This document shows positions 39,424 to 47,245 of a stretch of DNA of 64,000 nt, piece by piece (within the stretch, counting starts at the first letter, position 1; each line of letters begins with the position of its first letter). A program made the translations under genes and the position numbers. The stretch comes from a bacterium (GTDB lineage Bacteria > UBA8248), in contig OZ241875.1 in NCBI GenBank assembly GCA_965203325.1, forward strand, positions 1,152,001 to 1,216,000. Reading direction: 5' to 3'. The notes beneath the pieces were generated by a model, which ran no database searches, was not told the origin of the DNA, and saw nothing but the letters and a program-made list of their open reading frames with translations.

Positions 39424-40209
39424 TCACTTGGCCTGGAACCTGGGTTCTCGCTTCTCCAGAAAGGCGGCGATTCCTTCCTGAAAATCCCGGCTGGCGACCG
39501 TCTCGGCCTGCGCGCTCGCCTCTGCGCGCAGCGCCGTCGCCACGTCCAGGCCGCCTGAGGCGCGAATCAGCTTCTTCGCCGCGCGAAGCGCAATCGAAGG
39601 CCCCTCGGCGAGCCTTCGCCCAAGTGCTATCGCCTCCTCCATGAGCGCGTCGTCATGATGAACCGAGCGGACGAGGCCGATGGCGAGCGCCGCCTCCGCG
39701 TCGATGACGTCGCCCGTCAAAATCAACTCCAGGGCCTTCGCGCTGCCCACGACGCGGGGCAGGAAAAACGTGCCCCCGCAATCGGGGACGAGTCCGACCC
39801 TGGAGTACACCTGCCCGAACGACGCGCCCGCGCCCGCCAAGCGGATGTCGCAGGCCAAAGCGATATCACATCCCGCGCCTACGGCGAAACCGTGGACGGC
39901 GGCTATCGTCGGGCAGCGGGCCTCATGGAGTTTCGCCAGCGCTTTTTGATAATCCGGCCAGAGGAACTCCTCCATCCGCTCGCCCGCCCGGATGCGCGCC
40001 TCGATTTCCTTCAGGTCCCCGCCCGCGCAGAAGGCGCGCCCCGCCCCGCTCAGAACCATCGCGCGGATGTCGGGCTCGCTGCATCGCTCGCACACCTCGT
40101 ATAAGTCTTTCGCCATCTGCCGGTCGAGCGCATTCAGCGCTTCGGGGCGATTGAGCCGCACGAGGGCCAAGCCGCCCTCTTGCTCGAAACCGATTGTCTC
40201 CCACGCCAT
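39424..40209 (-). CDS. Enoyl-CoA hydratase/isomerase family protein
   Basis: LNRPEALNAL, FCAGGDL, GLVPDCG, EGIAAFLEKR. Confidence 0.93.
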   Translation of the reverse strand: MAWETIGFEQEGGLALVRLNRPEALNALDRQMAKDLYEVCERCSEPDIRAMVLSGAGRAFCAGGDLKEIEARIRAGERMEEFLWPDYQKALAKLHEARCPTIAAVHGFAVGAGCDIALACDIRLAGAGASFGQVYSRVGLVPDCGGTFFLPRVVGSAKALELILTGDVIDAEAALAIGLVRSVHHDDALMEEAIALGRRLAEGPSIALRAAKKLIRASGGLDVATALRAEASAQAETVASRDFQEGIAAFLEKREPRFQAK

Positions 40210-40414
40210 GTCCTGTTCCCCCGTAATCACCATTGCCGATTGGTATGGAAAAAATTTTTATTTTTTCTTACAATATGGCATCTCTTCCGAAGTTGGAAGG
40301 AAGAGAGTTGGTACAATCCGGGAAGTATACTGGATATATTCGCGGTTGGTATGCCCGTCGCCCACCGGATTCGCGTGCAGTTGCGAGCGCGGGAGCTTTA
40401 TTGAGGGGTGCAAA

Positions 40415-41038
40415 GTGGAATCACCGGACGCTGTCATCAAGATATACGATCGCTGGGGGAAATTCTACGACCTGGTCTTCAAGCACGTGTTCAGTGAAGG
40501 CAGGAACGTCGGCGTCGACCTGCTCGATCTCCAGCCGGGCGAGAAACTGCTCGAAGTGGGCGTGGGCACGGGTCTCTCCCTGCCGCTCTACCCGTCGACG
40601 TCGGAGATCATCGCCATCGACCTCTCTTCGAAAATGCTCGAGAAGGCGAAGGAGAAGGTCGAGAAGATGCGCCTTCAAAACGTCGAACTCTCCGTGATGG
40701 ACGCGCAGAACATGGCGTATGCGGACAACACCTTCGACTGCGTCACCGCCTGCTATGTGGTGAGCGCCGCCCCCGATCCGCACAAGGTCGTCTCGGAGAT
40801 CTGCCGCGTGTGCAAGCCGGGCGGGCGCATCGTCTTCATCAACCATTTCAAGAGCCAGAAACTTCTGCTGGCCAAGTTCGAAGAACTCATCAACGGGGTC
40901 TGCAAGAAATTCGGATGGGAGACCACCCTGGACCTCGAACCCCTGCTCGAGGCGAACAATCTGACCCTCGAACGCCAGGAGCGCGTGAACATCTTCGACT
41001 ACTGGCGCGCGGTGCTCTGCATCAATACCGACAAATAA
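40415..41038 (+). CDS. Class I SAM methyltransferase, PmtA-like (phospholipid N-methyltransferase)
   Basis: YDRW..FYDLVF, LEVGVGTGLSL, RVCKPGG..FINHF; GTG start. Confidence 0.85.
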   Translation: MESPDAVIKIYDRWGKFYDLVFKHVFSEGRNVGVDLLDLQPGEKLLEVGVGTGLSLPLYPSTSEIIAIDLSSKMLEKAKEKVEKMRLQNVELSVMDAQNMAYADNTFDCVTACYVVSAAPDPHKVVSEICRVCKPGGRIVFINHFKSQKLLLAKFEELINGVCKKFGWETTLDLEPLLEANNLTLERQERVNIFDYWRAVLCINTDK

Positions 41039-41100
41039 CCCCTTTGGCCACGCTCCGAAGGTCTCGACGCGCGGCGCACCCGCCCGCGCGGTAAGCCGAG

Positions 41101-42009
41101 ATGAACCCCGAATCGAACGCCTACGGCGTGCTTCTGGCCTCGGTCGCCTCGGCCGCATGGGCGGTGTTCGTCTATTTCATCAAGCGCGCGCTCATGAACG
41201 CGCCCGTCCTCAAGGTCACCGCCGCCGTCACGAGCGTGAACGCCGCTCTCGTGACGCTCATCGCCATCGGCTTCATCTCGAAAAACGATTTTCAGGGCGT
41301 CACGACAGCCACTCTTGCGTTCGCCTTCCTGGCGGGTTTTTTCCACATCGGCATATCGCGCACCTTCTATTACCGCGCCATTCACCGCATCGGGCCGAAC
41401 CGCTCCATCCCCATCGCGCTGACGTATCCCGTCGTCACGGCGATCAGCGCGTCGTTCATGCTGGGAGAGACGCCGACGCTCTCCATCTTCACCGGCCTCG
41501 CGATCCTCCTCATCGGCATCACCCTCATCGTTCAGGCCGAACCATCCCGGGAGGCGGAAGCCGAAGCCCACGGCGCGAGGTGGAAGCTGTTCGGATGGTT
41601 TTCCGCCGGCGTCACCTCGCTGCTCTGGGGCGTGGCCGCGGTTTTCTTCAAAAAAGCGTCCCTGAATCTCCATCCGCTCGCCACCGCCGCGATAGCGATG
41701 TGGGTGGGGGCCGCCACGGCCATGCTTCTCATGGCGCTCGACAAGGGCGAGGAATCGCGCGGCCCCATCCCCGCCTCGGCCTGGAGGTGGATTTTCGCCG
41801 CAGCCGTCTGCCAGACGATCGCCGTTCCGTTCTATAACTTCGCGTTCGTCCACACGCTGGCCGTGCGCGTCACGGCCATCATCTCCGCCCAGCCGCTCAT
41901 CGTCCTGGTGCTGGGCTGGCTCTTCCTGCGCGAGATGGAAAACATCACGCCCCGGCTCGTCCTCGGCGCGCTCCTGACCGTGGCGGGCACCATCGTCGTC
42001 ATCACGTAA
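41101..42009 (+). CDS. DMT/EamA family transporter
   Basis: ~10 TM in two repeats; YYRAIHRIG, LFLRE. Confidence 0.88.
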   Translation: MNPESNAYGVLLASVASAAWAVFVYFIKRALMNAPVLKVTAAVTSVNAALVTLIAIGFISKNDFQGVTTATLAFAFLAGFFHIGISRTFYYRAIHRIGPNRSIPIALTYPVVTAISASFMLGETPTLSIFTGLAILLIGITLIVQAEPSREAEAEAHGARWKLFGWFSAGVTSLLWGVAAVFFKKASLNLHPLATAAIAMWVGAATAMLLMALDKGEESRGPIPASAWRWIFAAAVCQTIAVPFYNFAFVHTLAVRVTAIISAQPLIVLVLGWLFLREMENITPRLVLGALLTVAGTIVVIT

Positions 42010-42108
42010 AGCCGGCATAGAGTTCCCCTCGCCTCATGAGGGTGCTACCCTTGAACGCCTAATCATTCAGTGAATTTTTTGAAACCCTATTTCAACAAGG
42101 AGACCGAC

Positions 42109-42585
42109 ATGGGCGAAGTCATTCACGTCACCAAGGCCCGCATCGTCAAGGAACCCGGCAGGGGAATGAAAACGGGCTATCTCGACGCCTTCCCGGACGA
42201 GCCGATTCCCTACGGCATCCACGGGGGCATCAAGAACTTCTACAAGGCGGAACCCGAAGAAGAGCGGCCGGCCACGCTGGATCACCTGGCCGCCGCCGTC
42301 GCCGGCTGACTGACGGGCAACATGGGAGGCGCGCTGGATGCGCGCGGGATAAAGAGCAGCCCCGACAACCTGGTGGCGGAAGTGGAAGGCATCATCGAGA
42401 ACGTGGACGGCATGGCCCTGGTCACGAAGATCAAGGTCAATTACAAGTGCCGCATCCCCAGAGGAAAGCGAGAAGACGCCGAGCGCGCACTCGCCGTGCA
42501 CGAGAAGGGCTGCCCGGCGAGCCAGAGCGTGCAGCGGGGGATTCAGGTGGAGTATACGGCGGAGTTCGAGGAGGTGGACGAGTAG
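42109..42585 (+). CDS. OsmC/Ohr-like protein, probable selenoprotein (Sec67 from in-frame TGA 42307-42309)
   Basis: AAGGAG RBS; two ORFs in one frame separated by a single TGA: HLAAAVAG-U-LTG...KGCPASQS. Confidence 0.8.
42329..42345 (+). promoter_or_regulatory. Putative bacterial SECIS apical hairpin
   Basis: GCGCGC-TGGAT-GCGCGC; loop starts 26 nt after the UGA, G at loop position 2. Confidence 0.65.
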
Positions 42586-42608
42586 GGAGTTCGCAGGGCA
42601 ACGGTTTC

Positions 42609-42680
42609 GCAGTGGCGGACCCATGTGTCCGCCCGCATCAAGGATGAAAGGCGCAGGGACAGGTCGCGACCTGTCCCTGC
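42609..42680. repeat. REP-like palindromes (GCAG variants)
   Basis: GCAGTGGCGGAC..GTCCGCC and GCAGGGACAGGTCGCGACCTGTCCCTGC. Confidence 0.75.
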
Positions 42681-42797
42681 CATTTTTTGCGCTTTCATTT
42701 CCCCCAGGAAACGCATAAATGTAGGCGCAAGCATTCCCCAAGGCAGGGTGTTTCTATAAAATTTTAACGAAAAAGCGATTGCTGGTTGAAGAACCGG

Positions 42798-42959
42798 CTA
42801 GTCCGCAGACTTGCGCTGCGAAGCCATGAAACCCTCGAACGTCCCCTCCAGTTTCGCCATGCGCTCCCGGAGTTCGGCGATGTCCCTGTGAAGCCAGGTG
42901 TGGGAGCCGACGATCGTGATGACAACCACGATGAAGCCTATCCAGATGTTGCTTTCCAT
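42798..42959 (-). CDS. Small hypothetical protein (TM helix plus coiled coil)
   Basis: MESNIWIGFIVVVITIVGSHTWLHRDIAELRERMAKLEG... Confidence 0.6.
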   Translation of the reverse strand: MESNIWIGFIVVVITIVGSHTWLHRDIAELRERMAKLEGTFEGFMASQRKSAD

Positions 42960-43114
42960 TGTTCCATCCCCCCATCCCGAAGCAGGGATTTTCTCTTCCG
43001 CCGTCCAAAAGCGGTCGTGACAACTTACCCCACTTGCCGATGACCTTGACGCATAGGCGGCATCACAAAACCATTTTATCCCATATCCCGGCCATAGGTT
43101 CAAACGTGAATTCT

Positions 43115-43240
43115 GTAGGGACAGGCCCCCGTGCCTGTCCGTGGCCTCCGCGCCGGTTCGACAAAGGACAACCAAGGAGGGTTGTCCCTACGAATCAATA
43201 TCCGTTCGCCACGTAGGGACAGGTCGCGACCTGTCCCTGC
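43115..43240. repeat. GTAG-REP doublet plus REP palindrome
   Basis: GTAGGGACAGGC..GTTGTCCCTAC (43115-43191); GTAGGGACAGGTCGCGACCTGTCCCTGC (43213-43240). Confidence 0.8.
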
Positions 43241-43280
43241 AAAACCCTCGCGCCTGTGTTTCTCCGTATGGGCAGCCCCC

Positions 43281-45110
43281 CTACACGAACAAAATGCCGT
43301 AGCGATACCTCCGGTCGATCCACCACGCCGTGCAGAGGGAGAACCCCGCCAGGAGCGCGAGCCCGCCCGACTGTGTCCAGGTGCCCACGAGCAGCGCCCC
43401 GACCAGGAACATCAAGGCGAAGACGAATACGCTCAAAGCCAGCCACAGACCCGCGAGCGCTGATATGGGCGCCGAACGCGCGTCCGGCCCTCGCACCCGG
43501 CCCCATGCGCCCGGCGGATGCACCCTCGTCCAGAAATTTCGCAAAACCTCCGCCCGCGCGGGCCTCGTGATGAAGGTGACTATCAGCATCGCCGCGAAGC
43601 CGACGCCCACCTCCGCGGCCAGCAATACGGGAAATGCGGGCGGTACCCCATCCCAGTGGAGATAGAGGGCGGTCGCGCCCGCGGCCAGCATTCCCGAGAT
43701 TTCCGTCCAGGCGTTCGCGCGCCACCACAGCCAGCGCAGGATCACCGGAAGCCCCAGCCCCGCACCGAGCGAGATGTGGAACTTCCACGCTACCTCGATG
43801 CTTTTGATTTGCCCCGCCACGGCGAAGGCGCCGAGCGCCATGATCAACACGCCCAGGCGGCTGACGAAGACGACTTCGCGCGCGCCCGCTCCTTTTCTGA
43901 TGAAGCGCGCATAAACGTCGTTCACCAGATAGCTCATCCCCCAGTTCAGGTGCGTGTCCACCGTGCTCATGAACGCGCCCAAAAGACCCACCAACACGAG
44001 GCCGAGAACCCCCGCCGGCAGAAGTTTCTCCATCAGGAGGGGATAGACCGCCTCGCGGTCAGCGAGAATTTTCGCCTCCATCGTGCCTGGGAGAACGTCC
44101 ATGCCCTTTGGCACGAGGATCAGGCTCACCAGACCGATGAGTATCCACGGCCAGGGCCTCAGGACGTAGTTCCCGACCGTGAAGAGGAAAGCGCCCGCCT
44201 GGGCGTCCCTCGGCGTGCGCGCCGAGCACAGCCTCTGGCCGATGTAGCCCCCGCCGTCGGCGTTGTTGTGCGCCCACCAGACCACGAACAGATAGATGAG
44301 GATCACCTGTGCCCCCGCCCATCCCGCGCCCTCGGGCGGCAGGAAGGAGAGAACAGCCGCCGCGCCCTCCGCGCCGTAAATCTCGCCCAGCTTCGCGCTC
44401 ATGCCCGAGAGCCCGCCCACCGCTTCGACGGCGTACCACGCGAACAGGCAGCTTCCGGCCATCGCGATGACGAACTGGAACAAGTCGGTGAGCATGACGC
44501 CGCGGATCCCGCCCGCGCTCGCATACGCCGCTATCATCAAGACGAGCAGGGCGACCGTTACGCTCTCGTTCACGCTTCCCATCGTGAGGACGGCGGGCCA
44601 GTACGCCTCGACGGCCGTCCACAGGTTTTGGGGCAGAATCTCCTCCCATCTCAAGAAGGGCTCGGCGATCTTCGCCATGGCGCGGAACACCCAGCCCAGG
44701 ACGATCAGGTTCACGATGAGGGAGGAATAGACGGCCTTGAAGCCGCGCAGGAATGCGCCGGGGCCGCTCCCGTAGCGCAGTTCGATGAGTTCGGCGTCGG
44801 TCACCACGCTCGCGCGCCGCCAAAGAGGGGCGAAGAAGACCGCGACGCCCACGTTCCCGATGACCCACGCCCACCAGAACCAGTTTCCCGAAATCCCGCG
44901 CTTGGCGACGATGCCGGCCACGACGAGGGGTGTGTCCGAGGCGAACGTGGTCGCCACCATCGAGGTGCCTATCCACCACCAGGGCAGGCTGCGCCCGGCC
45001 ACGAAGTATGAGGCCAGGCTCTTAGACGCCACTCGCGAGGTGAGAACACCGACGAGCAAGGCGAAAACGATGTAGCCGAGAATGAGCGACCAGTCCAGAG
45101 TCGAGAGCAT
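43281..45110 (-). CDS. Sodium:solute symporter family protein
   Basis: YFVAGRSLPWW, SMVATTFASDTPL, QRLCSAR, AFMSTVDTHLNWG. Confidence 0.93.
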   Translation of the reverse strand: MLSTLDWSLILGYIVFALLVGVLTSRVASKSLASYFVAGRSLPWWWIGTSMVATTFASDTPLVVAGIVAKRGISGNWFWWAWVIGNVGVAVFFAPLWRRASVVTDAELIELRYGSGPGAFLRGFKAVYSSLIVNLIVLGWVFRAMAKIAEPFLRWEEILPQNLWTAVEAYWPAVLTMGSVNESVTVALLVLMIAAYASAGGIRGVMLTDLFQFVIAMAGSCLFAWYAVEAVGGLSGMSAKLGEIYGAEGAAAVLSFLPPEGAGWAGAQVILIYLFVVWWAHNNADGGGYIGQRLCSARTPRDAQAGAFLFTVGNYVLRPWPWILIGLVSLILVPKGMDVLPGTMEAKILADREAVYPLLMEKLLPAGVLGLVLVGLLGAFMSTVDTHLNWGMSYLVNDVYARFIRKGAGAREVVFVSRLGVLIMALGAFAVAGQIKSIEVAWKFHISLGAGLGLPVILRWLWWRANAWTEISGMLAAGATALYLHWDGVPPAFPVLLAAEVGVGFAAMLIVTFITRPARAEVLRNFWTRVHPPGAWGRVRGPDARSAPISALAGLWLALSVFVFALMFLVGALLVGTWTQSGGLALLAGFSLCTAWWIDRRYRYGILFV

Positions 45111-45240
45111 GCGCACGTCTCTACGAATGGGCGGGCTTCGGGCGCATCCTACAGGGAAAGACAAGAAGATGCGATACGGCAGGCCTTGCGTCCCGACGCA
45201 GAAACGTCCCGCAGCGCGTGCGGGGCGCTTCACCCAAAAG

Positions 45241-45388
45241 AAAAACCTCCTCCCGTCTCCGGGAGGAGGCTCTCGCAGGGAGTAGATGCGAGATGTATGA
45301 TTGCGTGGCGGAGGAGCGCCGACCCAATCAGCGCTCCTCGCGCCGGCCGGTCGGGGCGTGCCGCCTAAGAACGCCCCGACCGGCATTT
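45241..45388 (-). ncRNA. Candidate sigma54-dependent small RNA, copy 1
   Basis: Four hairpins, the last a terminator with U tract; near-identical to 50659-50809. Confidence 0.7.
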
Positions 45389-45399
45389 CCTGTATCCAA

Positions 45400-45415
45400 G
45401 GCAAGCGCCGCGCCG
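45400..45415 (-). promoter_or_regulatory. sigma54-type -24/-12 promoter (weaker match)
   Basis: CGGCGCGGCGCTTGCC (GG-N10-GC), about the same distance from the RNA as in copy 2. Confidence 0.55.
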
Positions 45416-45492
45416 TGTTGCTCAAAAGATGCGCGCGCCTGCTTCTCGGCCCGCCGGGCACCGCCCGCCCAACCGGGTCGGCGGGCGCCGGT

Positions 45493-46686
45493 TTAGCGGG
45501 CGACGAAGTTCCGGTGCACCCAGCGGTCGTTCCCGCGCCGGACTTCCATGTAGAACGACTCGCTCGCCTTGCGCGTCTCCAGGTTCAAGCCGCCCGGCAT
45601 CGCTCTCAAAGCGGGCTTCGCGGCGCGCGCGGAATCGATGAACGCGGCGACCTCGGCGAGTGTGGGCCGTATGCGTCTGTGCGCGCCTTTTTCGGCAATG
45701 GCCTCCGTCGCCGCCGCCTTGAGCTGCCGCTGCCACAGCTTGCGGAACAGGCCGGTGCTCTCGAATTCATCGCCGCTGTTGATCCGGCCGTTCACCGCGA
45801 AGACATAGCCCACGGCATCCGGATGCTTTGCCGACAGTCCACCCAGGGCTTTTTCATAGTCCGCCACGGCGGACGCGAGGCGCTTGTTCTCCAATGACAA
45901 CTGGAGGCTCGAACGCGAGCGTTCGTCGGCGACGCGCGCACGCACGGCCCGGCCCAACCCCTGCTGTGTCATCGCGACCGAGCGCCACACTTCGCCCTGA
46001 AGAGATGCGCCTCTTCGCCGCCGTATCCTCCCCAACCTTCCGCTCCAAACGGCTTCGGGAGCGGTCTCGCGCCCCATGCTTTTCATCATCGCAATCTTGC
46101 CGGCTCTCGAAGGCATGCGGTATGCGGAGGTCGAAAACGCCATCACATTCTCCAGGCCGCGCCTGGCCCACCTGCCCTGCTCCACGCAAAACGCGCCGAT
46201 GGGGATGTAGCCCGACTTCGGGGGGACGAGCAGGCTGGTGAGCAGGACACGGTCCTGCTTGCCTCCCTTGACGATGTCCCCCGACTGGATGAAGACCTCG
46301 CGATCGCCCAGGTTGCGGACCTTGAGGCGGCCGACGCTGCCGGTTTCGACGACCTTGACGAGGCCCCGCCTCATCGCCTCGCCCAGGGTGATCGGCGCGG
46401 GGCCTTCGCTTCGGCCTTCGCGGTGAATCAGATAGATGGAGAGATTGTTCTGCGTGTAGGGGCCGCTCAGGCGGTAGTCCTTCCCCGCTGTAGCATTGGC
46501 AGTCGCCGGCGGTAGCCCGATTGCGACCGCGCAGGCGAGGAGAACGGCGACGCCACACGCCCGGAACATTCTCGATGCAACCCGCGCCCTGCGGGCCGGA
46601 CGCCCTTCTAAAGATCTGATGTGCATGATTTTCCCTCCCCGATCGCTCAATCCCGGCAGCGCAATCTCTTCCATATCGCTCAACAA
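45493..46686 (-). CDS. Exported ARPP-1/DUF6569-like protein (start may be ~46569)
   Basis: Signal-like segment; L.V.N..VFIQSGDIVKGGKQDR, FCVEQGRW, QGEVW. Confidence 0.7.
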   Translation of the reverse strand: MLSDMEEIALPGLSDRGGKIMHIRSLEGRPARRARVASRMFRACGVAVLLACAVAIGLPPATANATAGKDYRLSGPYTQNNLSIYLIHREGRSEGPAPITLGEAMRRGLVKVVETGSVGRLKVRNLGDREVFIQSGDIVKGGKQDRVLLTSLLVPPKSGYIPIGAFCVEQGRWARRGLENVMAFSTSAYRMPSRAGKIAMMKSMGRETAPEAVWSGRLGRIRRRRGASLQGEVWRSVAMTQQGLGRAVRARVADERSRSSLQLSLENKRLASAVADYEKALGGLSAKHPDAVGYVFAVNGRINSGDEFESTGLFRKLWQRQLKAAATEAIAEKGAHRRIRPTLAEVAAFIDSARAAKPALRAMPGGLNLETRKASESFYMEVRRGNDRWVHRNFVAR

Positions 46687-46841
46687 GCGGCGTTGCCGTA
46701 CATTCTCGTACGGCAGCCGCTTCTCGTATTTCTTTATTTCAGCCTATCTAGGAGTTATGACGGGGCCGGGTTCCACCTGTGGAAATTACGGGTTGCGACG
46801 GAATGACGAGCATAGGCAAAAGGGAACGGGGGTTTTGTTTT

Positions 46842-46869
46842 GTAGGGACAGGTCGCGACCTGTCCCTAC
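46842..46869. repeat. GTAG-REP perfect palindrome
   Basis: GTAGGGACAGGTCGCGACCTGTCCCTAC. Confidence 0.85.
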
Positions 46870-46890
46870 GGTGGAATCCCGACCGAGAGG

Positions 46891-47143
46891 AGAATTGTCG
46901 AAAAAGCCCCCTTGTCAGGGGGTAGAGGAAACACCCCTCTCGACTGGAAAAGCAACCCCCCCCCTACCCCCCCCTTGTCAGGGGTCAAACGCGAGTGATG
47001 AACGAGCGTTTGCATAAGCCATTGACGAGAAACACATCGTCTTGCAAAACCTCCCTCTTCGGTCGGTTTTGACCCCTGACAAGGGGGGGTAGGGGGGGTT
47101 GTCTTTATGGGATTTCCCTCTCAGGGGGTTTTTCAACAACCCC
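46891..47143. mobile_element. Composite MITE-like element; inner TIR unit 46953-47101
   Basis: Outer TTGTCGAAAAAG..TTTTTCAACAACCCC; inner TIR CAACC(n)TACC(n)TTGTCAGGGGTCAAA; inner unit is an inverted copy of 55027-55172. Confidence 0.75.
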
Positions 47144-47174
47144 ATGAGGGGAAGTATTTTTCTATCGCAACCGT

Positions 47175-47213
47175 CGACGCAAAAACGCCCCGCAGCGCGT
47201 GCGGGGCGTTTCA
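47175..47213 (-). terminator. Terminator-like hairpin after the xdh gene; repeated at 45194-45232
   Basis: AAACGCCCCGCACGCGCTGCGGGGCGTTTTTG. Confidence 0.55.
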
Positions 47214-47245
47214 GATGGAAGGATATTGTGCTCGGTGCCAGTCGT

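Noticed and set aside
42070..42585. Two separate small genes or a nonsense pseudogene
   Set aside because: The UGA falls at the expected catalytic Cys and has a SECIS-like hairpin, so Sec read-through is more parsimonious.
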